Shown in pieces: positions 1 to 13,639 of a DNA stretch of 64,000 bases. The stretch covers positions 91,514,001-91,578,000 of the forward strand of contig NC_086108.1 in assembly GCF_963921235.1 (NCBI RefSeq), read 5' to 3'. The translations under genes and the position numbers were made by a program. Source of the DNA: Mobula hypostoma. Lineage: Eukaryota. Position 1 is the first letter of the stretch; each line of letters begins with the position of its first letter. The notes under the pieces were generated by a model, which was not told the origin of the DNA, did not search any database, and saw only the letters and a list, made by a program, of their open reading frames with translations.

Positions 1-2155
1 TGAATTTTTAGTAAAAAGTGGATACTTAATTTGCTGTTAAGTGGAGAAAAAAATGTACATTTTTTTCTGCTTCAAAAGAACGACGTCTGATCAACATAGT
101 CATTTGGTGACTGGCTTATTATTTTTCCCAAATTGATGCCTCAGTACAATTGTGCTTTCTCTCATTTCCAGTCTGAACTCTGAATTTTAATTACTCTTGC
201 AGTTCTTTGATTTCAAGTACTAATTACCAAAATTAGAATGAACCAAAGTCAGTAGTTGGGAACATGAGGAAGACAATGCAGGTTACTTAAGAAGAAATTA
301 AATGAGATAAAGAAATAAAGAGAGAGATAAAGAATATAGTAATTTTAAAATTGATATATGACCACATCAGGTGAAAGTTACTCCAGGGCACTGGAAGGAT
401 CAAGAGAGGAAACAAAGCTCTCAAAATTATTTTCCAATCTTCTCCATCTCCAATTACAATTCTGTGTGATTGGAAGAGTTCTAACTAAATTAAGCTGGTT
501 ATCAAACTTTTAGTCAACACATGTCAAATATCTAATTGTATGCAGTTCATCCTAACTGCAAGCAATTAAATTGTCCATTGACCTTCTGCATTAAAAGGAA
601 TATAAGCCCATGGAAAATCTGTGCTGTATCTCCCTTCTGAAAACATATAGAACTGAAGAATACTTGAGAGATAGTTTGCTAATTACTGCACTTTTGGGTT
701 GATAAACCTAAAAACAACAAGAATAAAACTCCAAAACAGACTGGCTTAATTCTACTCAATACCAAAATCACAAGCAACCTGACAGCATCCACGACAAATT
801 AACCAACTCAACTAGCACTCCATTCTGCATGCTAAACATTTAATCTAAGCACTATTTCACCAAGATAGTAGGTAAGTTTAACAGTCATTGTAACAACTTG
901 CCAATTCATCTTTGATACCCACAGACTGATGGCCTTCAAGCTGCACACCGTAACATCACTCTTCCTTTTGTGTTGGATCAAAATCCTGGAATTCTTAACA
1001 TAACAGAACAGGCAGTTGGCCTATAAAGATATATTCAAGGGCAATATAAATTTCAAGGATTAGGCAATTAATGTCATATTTTCCAGAGATGTCCACGTGC
1101 CATGAAATACTAAAACTTGCTCAGTTATCACTTGACCTCAACTCTAATCCCATTTTGAATGGCTCGCGATATTTTGTAACTGAGCTACATTAAAGCACTA
1201 CCCATTCTTACATGAAAAGGGAAAGCAGAAACCATGAAAGAACTGAATGAACAGCCAAAAGATAGAAGCAAACTATACAGAAGCAAGGAGATGAAAAGTT
1301 AAGGGAGGTGGGGAAAGGCAGAAAGAGTGACTTCTCCCTTCCCCAGACTGTGCTATTCAGTTATTTTACTTCTGGTAAGATAGCAGCAGGTTCAATTGCA
1401 GCAGCTTCTGCAAGGTCAATCAAATGTGTTATTTTCCTTTTTAAATGTGCTTTTTATTATCATAAGACCCTACTAAATATTAAGAACTTAAAATACCGCA
1501 GATCTACCCCATCAGCCAGTTGCTTGTTGGTGGAAAAAGTGAAGGAGCTGGACGATGAGGATCGTGCTGATGCCTGTGTCAGACAGATGTGTGGGAGGAG
1601 TCCGTACATGAAGGAGGAGTGCAGTGAAACAGTGATTGATTGGCTTAGTCACTTTGCTTGTGATCACAAGACCTTGCTGGACATTGTTCATGTGGAATGC
1701 TGCAAGTCCGTTTCACTGATGGTGGATGGCAGGGCGAGCTATGTGACCTCAGTCGGTAGTAAGGATGAGGCCTCAAGCTGTGGTGTGACCCGTTTACAGT
1801 CACCCAGGAGAGAGGCATCGAAGTCCATGTGCTCCACCAGAGGCACTGTGGTACAGCGTCAAGCTGGAGACTGTGCCCCCCCCCCGCCACCGTGTTCACT
1901 ATGAAGACAAGCTGTATTGTGTTCAGCTGCAACCCTCCTCCAACATTCATGGACTTGGACTATATATTTTTTTGTGAGACTGTATTTTACTGATGTATGT
2001 GCAGTATATGCCTTGTGCGGTATGTGACTGTTGATATTGGGTTTTGCACCTTGGCCCTGAGTAACTCTGTTCATCATAAAGTATGGTCTTATCTTCATCT
2101 AAGACACAATAGTAGATAAACACAAACTGCCTCAACTAATAACACATAAATAATT

Positions 2156-4190
2156 AGACCACAAGACATAGTAGTAAAATTAGGCCATTTGGGCTTATCG
2201 AGTCTGTTCTGCCATTCAATCATGGCTGAGCCTTTTTTTCCCACCTCAGCCCCACTCTCTGGCGTTCTCCCCATAACCTTTGATACCGTGTCCAATCAAG
2301 AACTGATCAAGCTCTGCCTTAAATACACTCAATGACTTGGCCTCTACAGCTGCCTGTGGTAATAAATTCCATAAATTCACCACCCTCTGGCTAAAGAAAT
2401 TTCTCCGCATCTCTGTTTTAATGGACGCCTCTCTATACTGAGGCTATGCACTCTTGTCCTAGACCTCCCCACCATGGGAAACATCTACTCCGTCTAGGCC
2501 TGTCAACATTTGAAAGATTTCAATGAGATTCCCCACTCTCCCCCACCATCCTTCTAAACTCCAGCAAGTACAGACCCAGATTTATCAAACGTTCCTCTTA
2601 TGATAACTCTTTCATTCCTGGAATCATCCTTGTGAACATCCTCTGAAACCTCTCCAATGCCAGCATATCCTTTCTTAGAAGAGGAGCCCAAAACTGCTCA
2701 CAATACTCTAGGTGAGGTCTCACCAGTGCCTCATGAAGCCTCAGCATCATATCCCTGCTCTTGAATTCTACACCTCTTGAAATAAATGCTAACATTACAT
2801 TTACCTTCTCACCACTGACTCTACCTTTAGGGTGTTCTGCACAAGTACTCCCAAGTCCCTTTGCAGTTCAGATTTTTGGCTTTTCTCCCCATTTAGAAAA
2901 TAATCTGCATATTTATTTCTATTACTAAAGTGCATAACCATGCATTTTCCAACACTGCATTTCATTTGCCACTCTCTTGTCCATTCCCCTAACCTAAGTC
3001 CTTCTGCAGCCTCCCGGTTTCCTCAACAATACCTGCCCCTTCACCAATCTTTGTATAATCTGCAAACCTGGAAACAAAGCCATCCATTCCATCATCTAAA
3101 TCATTGATATACAGCATATGAAGAAGTGGTCCCAACTCTGAAACCTGTGGAACAACACTACTCACTGGCAGCCAACCAGAAAAGGATCCTTTTATTCCCA
3201 CTCACTGCCTCCTACCAATCCGCCAATGCTCTAATCATACCTGTGACTTTCCTGTAATACCATGTGCTCTTATCTTGGTAAGTAGCCTCATGTGTGGCAC
3301 CTTGTGAAAGGCCTTCTGAAAATCCAAATATACAACATCCACTGCATTCTCTTTATCTATCCTACGTGTAATCTCCTCAAAGAATTCCAACAGGTTCGTC
3401 AGGCAAGATTTTCCCTTAAGGAAACCATGCTGACTTTGCCCCATCTTGTCCTCTGTCACCAAGTACTCCATCACCTCACCCTTAACAAGTGACTCCAACA
3501 TCTTCCCAACTACTGAGGGTAGGCTAAACGGTCTATAATTTCCTTTCTGCTGCTAGAGTGGAGTGACATTTGCAATTTTCCAGTCTGCTAGCACCATGCC
3601 AGAGTCCAATGATTCTTGAAAGATCATTACTAATGCCTTCACAATTTCTACTGCTGCCTCTTTCAGAACCCTAGGGTGCAGTTCATCTGGTCCTGGTGAC
3701 TGATATACCCATAAGTCTTTCAGCTTTTTGAGCACCTTCTCCTTTGTAATAGTAACTGCACTTATTTCTCTTCCCTCACACCCTTCAACATCTGGCACAC
3801 TGCTAGTGTCATCCACAGTGAAGACTGATGCAAAATTATTCATTTAATTCATCTGCCATCTCCTTTATTATTATTTCTCTGGCCTCATTTCCTAGCGGCC
3901 CACATATCCACTACTATCAATCTTATTTTTATTTTGCCATTTGAGTGTTTCTTCATTCTTGGAATACATCTATCCTGCATTTCCTCATTTTTCTCAGAAA
4001 CTCACACTACTGCTGCTGGGCTGTCATCCCTGCCAGCATCCCCTTCCAGTTTGCTTTGGCTAACTCCTCTCTCATACTACTGTAATTCCCTTTATTCCTC
4101 TGAAATATTGCTATGTCAGACTTCACTTTCTCCCTATCAAACTTCAAGTTGATCTCAATAATACTGAGTTCAATTGTACTTCTTGTCAAT
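2156..4190 (-). mobile_element. CR1 LINE, decayed 3' part of ORF2 plus 3' UTR
   Basis: ORF fragments QSPGPDELHPRVLKE, SQHGFLKGKSCLTNLLEFFE, VYLDFQKAF, LVRPHLEYCEQFWAP; tail near 2156. Confidence 0.9.
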
Positions 4191-4199
4191 ACTGAGTAC

Positions 4200-5620
4200 A
4201 TCAATTAAACAATCACAGTCTAGGTTCAAACAAGCATGTGAACCTCTGGTGTAGTACCTTCTACAAAAGCTACTTGGGAGTTAGGTATTCCAATTGATGA
4301 GATTGGAGGTGTGGTGTAAAGGTGCCCTGCCTTATAAAAAAGACACACAAAGTCAGGTTACTAACAGACCCTGCTCTTCTCAAGAAAGGTCTGTTTATCT
4401 GTACCCTGCCTCAATCAAAACAACTTTCAGAGGACCTTAGAAGAACTGCAGAGATGTATAGAGTTGGAAAAGGCTACAAAAGCATTTCTAAAGACCTAAG
4501 TGTTCATTGGTCCATAGCAAGAGAAATTGTCTACAAATGGAGGGAATTCAGTACTGCTGCTACTCTCCCTAGGAGTGGGCGTCCTGCAAACATCACACCA
4601 AGAACACAATGTGAAATGCTGGAGGAGAAAAAGAACCTATGGGTAACAGCAAAAGCCCCATAGAAATCTCTACAACTTGCTAAAGTCGCTGATCATGTGT
4701 CCACCATAAGAGAATCACTGCACAAGACTGGTGTTCATGGACATCACAAGGAAACCTCTGCTCTCCAAAAAAAATCCTTGCTGCACATCTGAAGTTTGCA
4801 AAAGACCACCTGGATTTTCCACAATGCTTCTGAGACAGTGTTCTGTGGACACATGAGACAAAAGTTGAACTTTTTGGCAGAAATGCATACCGCCATATTT
4901 GCAAGAAGAAGGTCTTTGCACATCAACACCAAAACCTCATCCCAATTGTGAAGCATGGTGGAAGGAACATCATGGCTTGGGGCGGCTTTGCTGCCTCAGG
5001 GCCTGGACAGCTTGCAATCATTGAGGGAACAATGAATTCAAAATTGTATCAGGACATTTTACAGGAGAACGTCAGGGTAACAGTCTGTCACCTGAAGCTT
5101 AATAGAAGTTGGATAATGCAACAAGACAATAATCCGAAACACAAGAGTTAATCAATAACAGAATGGTTAAAAAGAAGAAAATTCGTGTTTTGGAAAAGCC
5201 AAGTCATAGTCCAGACCTTAACCCAATTGAAGTGCTGTGGCATGATCTGAAGACAGCTGGTCATGCAAGGTATCCCAGAAATACTGATGAACTGAAACAG
5301 TTTTGTATGGTGGAATGGTCTTAAATTACTCATTGGCACTGTGCAAATCAGCTACAGGAAACAATTGGTGATTATTGCTGTTAAAAGAGGTTCTACCAGT
5401 TACTAAATACAAGGGTTCACACACTTTTTCCAGCCTGGACTGTGAATGATCAAATAACGCATTCAATAAAGACAAGTACAACTGTTTGTATGTTATTCAT
5501 TTAGGCAGATTGTGTTTGTTTATTATTGTGACTTAGATGAAGATCAGACCACATTTTGAGTAATTAATGCAGAAAACCAGGTAATCGCAAAGGGTTCACA
5601 AACTTTTTTCATGCAGATGT
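4200..5620 (+). mobile_element. Tc1-family DNA transposon with decayed DD34E transposase; left end not resolved
   Basis: HTH region GKGYKSISK...LPRSGRP; WTHETKVELFG (first D mutated); VKHGG..IMAWG; QQDNNPKH; SPDLNPIE. AAGGGTTCACA.ACTTTT occurs at about 5410 and 5589, suggesting an IR/DR-type right end followed by TA. Confidence 0.88.
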
Positions 5621-5849
5621 ATATCCTTTGTTTCCCTGCACCATGCAAATATCCATTTACTGTATTCTTCTGCCTTGATGCACCTCTCCAAATGATTACC
5701 TCACTTCTCAGACCAAATGCCAACTACCTTCTTTTTGCCTAACTGGGTAGGGCACCTTTATCTGTAATGTATAGCTTTCCTCCTATTAATAGTACAGATA
5801 ATTTTTGATTGATCAACATCATACTTTCAGGATTCATTTTTCTCTAGCC

Positions 5850-6078
5850 CTTAAACTTTCCCATCCATTTGGCTTCACCTATTATCTTCTAGTTATTATC
5901 TTCCCTTTCCTCCACCTTTTTATTCTGGTATCTTCCCCCTTCTTCAGTCCTGAAGAAGGGTCTCAGCTCAAAATGTCAACTGCTTATTTATTTCCATAGA
6001 TGCTGCCTGACCGAGTTCCTCCAGCATTTTGTACCTATTGCTCTGGACTTCCAGTATCTGCAGACTTTGTCGTGTTTA
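5850..6078 (+). mobile_element. Penelope-like element terminal (pLTR) fragment with degenerate hammerhead motif
   Basis: cagtcctgaagaagggtctcagctcaaaatgtcaactg...atagatgctgcctgacc; same family as 60072-61268. Confidence 0.7.
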
Positions 6079-6261
6079 TAGGAACATTTATAGCATAACT
6101 AAAGGTTGCAGCCATAGTTACAGAAATGATTGCCTTATTTCGAAAGACTTGGATGCAGATTTAGAATTGGTAATTCTCCTGCTATCTAATGGGAAATGCT
6201 TCTAAACCTGGTTTAGTTTCAAATATATTTTACAAGGAGTGATCAGCTGTCAACAAACTTA

Positions 6262-6688
6262 AATGGATGTCCTCTTGGACTAGCCATCTCAGCCCTGGGA
6301 AAAAGGTGCTGGCTGTCTACTCTATCTATGCCTCTCATCATCTTATGCAATTCTATCAAGTTGCCTCTCATTCCCTTCATTCCAAAGAGAAAAGCCGTTG
6401 CTTGCTCAACACCTCTAAATAGAATCCAGGCAGCATCCTACTAAATCTTAACTGTATCCTCTCTAATGCTTCCAACATCCTTTCTATCATCAGGCAACCA
6501 AAACTGAACTGTGGTCTAAGCAGAGCTTTATACCGCGTGGCTCTTGAACACAATCCCTTGATTAATGAAGGGCAACATACCACGTGCATTCTTTCCCACT
6601 CTATCGACTTGCACAGCAATGTTGAGGGACTTGGATTCCAAGATCCTTCTGTTTCTCCACACTGCTAAGAATTCTGCCATTGACCTTG
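6262..6688 (-). mobile_element. CR1 LINE 3' fragment, interrupted by the RTE element; resumes about 8821-9000 and 9460-9575
   Basis: ALERIQLRFSRMLPG-type ORF2 end; CR1 sequence resumes after the RTE tail. Confidence 0.75.
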
Positions 6689-8779
6689 GAAGGCATTCTC
6701 CTCACAACCTATTCTTCAAGCCCAGTACACAGTGGAGGTGAGAAATCACTTCGGCCCACTGGAAAGGGGGGAGGAAGAGACTGCCACCGACCGCTATCAA
6801 CGGCTCATAGACGCACACACAGATGCAACAAAGAGTTTGCCTACTGTGAAGTGAATCAAGAGTTGGATCTCGAAACATCCTGACGTCATCATAGCAAGAA
6901 GTGTGGTCAATGCTTGTCATGCCGAACTTAAAAGGAGCGAAACAGAAGAGCTAAGAGACGAGTTCAAGACAGCAAGGAACAATCTCTTTGCCACCTACGA
7001 CCGACTGAAGGAAGAGGAACTAGCTGAGAGAGATAGAGGCTGCTAATGAAGACATGCAGCATGGAGAAGCATGGCGCCTAGTCAATGAGATCAGTAGACG
7101 GAAGAAGGCCCCATCGAGTCAAATAAGTGGTAAAACAGCAGAGGACCGTGTCCAGACATGGTTTATCCACTTTAAGAACCTGCTGGGAAGTCCTCCAACG
7201 ATCACAGAAGAAGAAGAGGACACACCGGCAATACTAATGCAAGTCGACATCGATGATGGCCCATTCACCATTGAGGAAGTAAAGGGCAAATATGCACTCA
7301 AACAGGACAGGAGCGCTGGACCAGATGGGATACCACCAGATGTCCTGAAGAACTGCGACCTGGACGACATCTTGCGTATGTAACACAGCACTGATGAAAG
7401 GCAACAAACCAGAACAGTGGTCACTCTCAAACATTATCCCAGTCCCCAAGTCTGGATCCCTCATAAAGACAGATAACTTCCATGGTATTAGCTTGACCTG
7501 CACCTTAGCAAAGTTATACTATCGGATGATCTTGAACAGGATTCGCACTGCCATTGACCCTAAGCTAAGATTCAATCAGAATGGTTTTCGGCAGAAGTGC
7601 ACAAGAGTAATGCAAATACCTGCTCTCCGTAGGATCATTGAGGAAATCAAGAAGAACAACCTACCAACTGTGCTTACTTACATCGATTTTCGCAAAGCTT
7701 TTGACTCTGTTCACCGAGGTAAAATGCTGAAGATCCTGAAAGCTTACGGAGTGTCAGACCATCTACTGAGAGCAATAGAGTCCAGCTATACCAAAACCAA
7801 GGCGGAAGTTGTATCACCAGATGGAGAAACAGCAGTGTTCGAACTCCTAGCTGGTGTGCTGCAAGGAGACACTCTGGCACCCTACCTCTTTATAATCGTC
7901 CTTGATTACGCTCTGCGACAGGCTACCAAAGATCATGACAAGCTTGGTTTTACCATAAAACCAGGATGAACAAAAGGGTCAAACCAGTTACGCTCACAGA
8001 TCTCGATTTTGCAGATGACATAGTCCTGCTCTCTGACCAGATGGAGGAAGCACAGCAGCTACTGACAAAAGTGGAAATTGAGTGCAATAAAGTTGGACTT
8101 CACCTAAATGCTAAAAAGACAGAGTACATGGCATTTAACTGCGACAAAGGTACTCTCAAGACTGTAAAGAATGATACCATCAAGGAAGTCTTTGACTACG
8201 AGTACCTTGGGTCAAGAATGATGAGTTCGGAGGACATAAGATACGGAAGACACTGGTGTGGAGAGTTATGAACGACATGAAGGAAATCTGGAAGTCATAC
8301 CTGACCAGAGGACTTAAAAAGACAATTTTCATAGCAGTCATAGAGTCCATTCTCACGTACGGATGTGAGATGTGGACACTCACCAAAACTATGCAAAAGT
8401 CTCTAGATGGTTGCTATACACGAATGCTCTGGATGGCTCTTGACATGTTGGCAACAGCACATGACGAACGCCGAGCTCTGTAACAACCTACTGATGCTCA
8501 CCACCAAAATCGAGGCGAGATTACTGCAACTAGCAGGGCACTGTCTACACCACCCCAAGCTACCTGCCAGCCTAGTCATCATATGGGAGCCCAAGCACGG
8601 GAGGATGAACCCTGGGCGCCCTCCCAAGACTACAGTGAACATGCTCCTTGGAGACAGCGGCACAGCTAATTTAGATGAACTGAACACACTGATGAGGGAG
8701 AGGGAGAACTGGAGAGCCCGTCATCGTGCCCGATGCCGGCCCCCTAGGCCTGAGTCGTCGTCGCCGCCATCACGGTGGC

Positions 8780-8820
<41 letters not shown>
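6689..8820 (+). mobile_element. RTE-clade LINE, 5'-truncated, frameshifted RT, (TAG)n tail
   Basis: RT motifs IDFRKAFDSVHR, GVLQGDTLAPYLF, DLDFADDIVLL, LTYGCEMWTL. TAG repeats at 8788-8820. GACCTTG at 6682-6688 and 8820-8826 is a probable TSD. Confidence 0.9.
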
Positions 8821-9000
8821 ACCTTGTACTCCGCCTTCAAGGTTATTCTTCCAAAATGTATCACTTCACATTTTTCTGGGAGGAACTCCATTTGCTCTTC
8901 TCAGCCCAGCTCTGCGTCCTGTATCACTTTATAACCTACACTATTCATACCACCATCATCAGCAAACTTATTAACCACCCTTTCACTTCATTATCCAAGT

Positions 9001-9455
9001 CCATAAGACCATAAGATATAGGAGCAGAAGTAGGCCATTCGGTCCATCGAGTCTGCTCCACCATTCAATCATAGGCTGATCCAATTCTTCCAGTCATTCC
9101 CACTCCCCTGCCTTCGCACCATACCCTTTGATATTGTCTAATCAATAACCTACGTATCTCTGCCTTACACCCAATGACTTAGCCTCCACAGGCACTCGTG
9201 GCTACAAATTCCACAGATTTACCACTCTCTGACTAAAGTAATTTCTCCGCATCTCTGTTCTAAATGGATGTCATTCAATCCTGAAGTCATGCCCTCTTGT
9301 CCTAGACGCCCCTACCAAGGGAAATAACTTTGCCATACCTAATCTGTTCAGGCCTTTTAACATTTGGAATGTTTCTATGAGATCCCCCCTCATTCTCCTG
9401 AACTCCAGGGAATACAGTCCAAGAGCACCCTTTCAATCCTGGAATCATTCTCATA
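9001..9455 (-). mobile_element. CR1 3' end, separate insertion
   Basis: ccataagaccataagatatagg tail and 3' UTR similar to 2156-2620 and 25400-25800. Confidence 0.8.
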
Positions 9456-9814
9456 ATTACACACCTCCAGTCATTTATAAAACTCAAAGAACAGGGGTTC
9501 CAGAACAGATCCCCGTGGATCAACGCTACTTCACTGACTTCCAGGAAGAATACGCTCCATCTACTACCACTTCTGTGGAATGAATGCAAGCATAATGAAA
9601 AGTTTTGACTGTGCTCTCTTACCAATTTTGCTTGTTGTGCATTCACTGGATCTGAGTATTGCAGCAGTGCTTGGAATTGATTATTCTTCGTAAAAGTGAT
9701 TATTTTCAGTACTGGACCAAACTTGGAAAAGATCTTTTAAAAATAAAATTCCATTAGCAACTATCAAAAGTCAAGTGTAAATCCATACAGAAACAAGATG
9801 AGGCACAAACTTAC

Positions 9815-9979
9815 CTGATAAAGCACATCCAGAGTCACTGGATAGTACATATTGTCAATAATCACTCGAAGTACTGGACTCTGGGTTGGGGTCACTGCAC
9901 TTTCACTCGCCGTAGTTCCAGTAAGGGGTGTACTTGCAGTTTGTACAGCAGTTACAGCCTGAAGAACTGCTTGAGCACG
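9815..9979 (-). CDS. PTBP2: PTBP2 coding exon 6 (165 nt), linker and start of RRM2: [55 protein letters not shown]
   Basis: tgtttatag|CGTGCT...TATCAG|gtaagt. The linker sequence and [14 protein letters not shown] match PTBP2 rather than PTBP1 or PTBP3. Confidence 0.97.
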
Positions 9980-11019
9980 CTATAAACAGTAAGACACAAA
10001 TCACGATTTACTTCTTACAACCAATTTTTTTCCACAGAAAAAAACATTTCAGATACTTGTATTAATATTTATTTTAGCATTCAAAATTGCAAGTAGTACA
10101 ACAAAACGTTAAGGTAATTCATGATTGGTCACTCAATATAGATTAAGTTACATACCAAGTCTATAGCTGCACAATAAATCATGTCTCCGAAGATAAATTA
10201 TAAACAGTAATATTAGATGACAAATGTAGTTCAACCAATAGTGAGAAGAAAATTAATACAGTTTCTTTACCAATTGTGTGCATAAAACTTTGTTAAAATT
10301 TCAGTCCAGACTTGTGTAACATCATGTACCAGCATTTGTGCAAATTGGAGCACAATTCCAAAATACAAGTCCTTTTATCTTTTCCACGTTCTCATCTGTA
10401 TTTCTTTCATTCCTGTTTTTCTGCTTTCCCTCAAGTATTTCAAGTAAATTCAAAATGACTTAGTAATAATATATTGTAATAAATTTAAATAAATTCCACT
10501 TTTTTGAGCTAATCCAACATTTATAATCATCAATGACTTACAAACCAGAATATTTTTTTCAGTATTTACCTTCAAGTGACATATCGTGAACACTTCAATG
10601 CATTGGCCCATAGCATTCAATTAATTATCCTTCTGTTCATTTTTTAATACAATTCTATTTCATTAACAGTTGCCTTATGGACCCTTAAGACATCCATGAT
10701 AATATTCCATTTTGTGTTAAAGTGCTTTCCTATTTTCACTTTCAAAAGGGGGATTCAAACTGCATATAAACAGTACAGCATACAAAGAGGCCACAATGTA
10801 GCATGTCTGTGCTGACAGTGATGCTAATCAAAAATAATTCAAGCTGCTCATATGGCCCATATCCTTCTATTCGATACCTGATCATGTCTCTGACCTGTAT
10901 ACCTCCTAAACATTGTCATATCCATTTCAAACACCTCCCCTGACAACATATTCCAGGGACCCACCGCTTTCTGTGCAAAAAAAAATCTCCTTAAAACCTT
11001 TCCCTTACCTAAACCCATG

Positions 11020-13154
11020 CCCCGCCATCCGAAGGTAGAATGTTCCTATGAAATGGTTCGTAAGCCAGAATGTCGTAAAGCAAAGAAGCAATTACCATTA
11101 ATTTATATGGGAAAAATTTGTGAGCATTCGCAGACCCAAAAATAAACTACCAAATCATGCCAAATAACACATAAAACCTAAAATAGCAGTAACATATACA
11201 GGTGTCCCCCGCTTTTCGAACGTTCGCTTTACAAAACCTCCCTGTTACGAAAGACCTACATTAGTTACCTGTTTTCGCTAACAGAAGGTGTTTTCACTAT
11301 TACGAAAAGAGCAGCGCACCGCGAGCAGCCGCTCTGCCCCGGATTCGGAATGGCATTCTCGCCGGCATTGCTTAAACACGTGCCTGTGAGCAGCCGTTAG
11401 CAAGATGAGTTCTAAGGTATCAGAAAAGCCTAAAAGAACTCGTAAGGGTGCTGCACTTTGTGTAAAACTGGACATAATTAAGCGTTTCGATCGTGGTGAA
11501 CAAAGTACCAAGTGAGTTTAGCTTGTGGAAATTGACGAAGATGATGTTGAAGAGGTTTTGGCATCCCATGACCAAGAACTGATAGATGAAGAACTGATGC
11601 AATTGGAAGAGGAAAGGATAACAATCAAAACCGAATGTAGTAGCGAACGGACCGAAAGTGAAATCATCCAGGAACTGAACGTGAAACAACTGCGTGAGAT
11701 TTTCGCTGCAATGATAAAGTACGACTTTAATTCTGAAAGGGTACGTCGGTTTAGGGCATATTTGCAAGATGGTTTGAGTGCTTACAAAGAACTGTATAAT
11801 AGAAAAATACGTGAGGCTAAGCAATCAAGCACAATGTCGTTTTTCAAACCTTCCACATCAGCCACAGCAGACGACGAACCTCAACCTTCGACATGGAGGC
11901 AGGCAGACACAGAAGATGATGATCTGCCTGCTCTGATCGACGATGAGATAACACCCACCGTGTCCCACCACCCCAGTGGTCCCAACCCCCAGGCCACGGA
12001 CAGATACCGATTCGCGGAGAATGCAGCAGTAGCCGGGAGGCATCCAGTACATCTTTAAGAAAAAAGCCGAAATAAACAAGCTAATGAATTAGGTGCCGCC
12101 CAGCACGTAAATGTCGGCCCAGATCAGAGGCGATTGCCGATTGCTTGTTTATTTTGGCTTTTTTCTTAAAGATGTGCTGGGTGCATCCTGGCTACCGCTG
12201 GACCACTGCATTCTTCATGGATCGGTATCAGCTCGCTGCCCAGAGGGTGGGGGCCACTGCACCGCCCCAATTTCCGATGACTCAGCCTAACACAACATCA
12301 TCAGTGTAATCGGCGCTGTCTTCCTGATTCCCGTAAGTGATATTTCTACTTTATATCGGCTGTGTATCTTTACGTATTATTTGGTATGATTTGGCAGCTT
12401 CATAGCTTAAAGGTTACTGGAGAGCGCTTGTGCCGTGTTTCTGCCGAGAGCGCTTGCGTGAGATTTTTGCAGCGAAAATCTCACGCGGTTGCTTCACGTT
12501 CAGTTCCTGGACTACTTCACTTTCGGTCCGTTCGCTACTGCATTCGGTTTTGACTGTTATCCTTTCCTCTTCCAATTGCATCAGCACTATATCTATCAGT
12601 TCTTAGTCATGGGATGCCAAAACCTCTTCAACATCATCTTCCTCAACTTCCACAAGCCAAACTCACTTTGTCCTTACTTTCAAACAACAGGAATTCTGCA
12701 GATGCTGGAAATTCAAGCAACACACATCAAAGTTGCTGGTGAACGCAGCAGGCCAAGCAGCATCTATAGGAAGAGGCGCAGTCGACGTTTCAGGCCGAGA
12801 CGCCTCTTCCTATAGATGCTGCTTGGCCTGCTGCTTTGTCCTTACTTTGTTCACCACGATCGAAACGCTTAATTATGTCTAGTTTTACGCTAAGTGTAAC
12901 ACCCTTACGAGCTCTTTCAGGCTTTTCCGATACCTTAGAACTCATCTTGCTAATGGCTGCTCACAGGCACGTGTTTAAGCAATGCCGGCTAGAATGCCGT
13001 TCCGAATCCGGGACAGAGCGGCTGCTCGGGGCCCGCGCTGCCTTTTTTCGTAACAGCGAAAACACCTTCTGTTAGTGAAAACAGGTAACTAATGTAGGTC
13101 TTTCGTAACAGTGACGTTTCGTAAAGCGAACATTCGAAAAGCGGGGGACACCTG
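11020..13154. mobile_element. Composite of internally deleted Tigger/pogo-like elements: right-end fragment 11020-11198, + copy 11199-~12466, inverted copy ~12467-13154
   Basis: TA|CAGGTGTCCCCCGCTTTTCGAA at 11199 and its reverse complement ending at 13154|TA. Carries a CENP-B-type N-terminus (MSSKVSEKPKR.RKG..L.VKLDIIKRFDRGE) joined to an acidic Tigger C-terminus, with no DDE core. Same family as 54301-55818. Confidence 0.85.
12681..12833. mobile_element. Short palindromic Penelope-derived insertion with 15-bp TSD
   Basis: CTTTGTCCTTACTTT at 12666-12680 and 12834-12848; internal inverted arms. Confidence 0.85.
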
Positions 13155-13639
13155 TACTGGGAAATTACACCATTAGTAAAATAATCTGACCATATACACC
13201 ATCTCTACCTCTCCTAACTTTATAAAGTAACAGGTCACCTTTCTGCCTCCACAGAAAACAATCCAAGTTTGTCCATAGTCTCTTTATAGCTTTCTTGTTC
13301 CAAACCAGGCAACATCTTGGTGAAGCTCTGCTGCACTCTCCTCAAAGCCTCAACATCTTTCCTATAGTATGGCAACAAGAATTATACGTTTTGTAAAGCT
13401 GCAACATATCCTCCCAAATTTTATTTAAAAAAACACCCTGATGAAAGGTGGCATTTACTACCATATTCACTTGCGTTGCCACTTCAGGGAACTATGAACT
13501 TGTACCCCAAGATCGCTCCAAATTAACACATGTAAAATACCAGAGGAACTCAGCAGGCCGGGCAGCATCGATTGAAAAGTGTACTGTCGATGTTTTGGGC
13601 CAAAGGGTTTCAGCTTGAAACGTCGACTATACTTTTTTT

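Noticed and set aside
1308..1904. 198-aa ORF as a host gene
   Set aside because: Spans a repeat boundary, GTG start, no recognisable domain, antisense within a PTBP2 intron.
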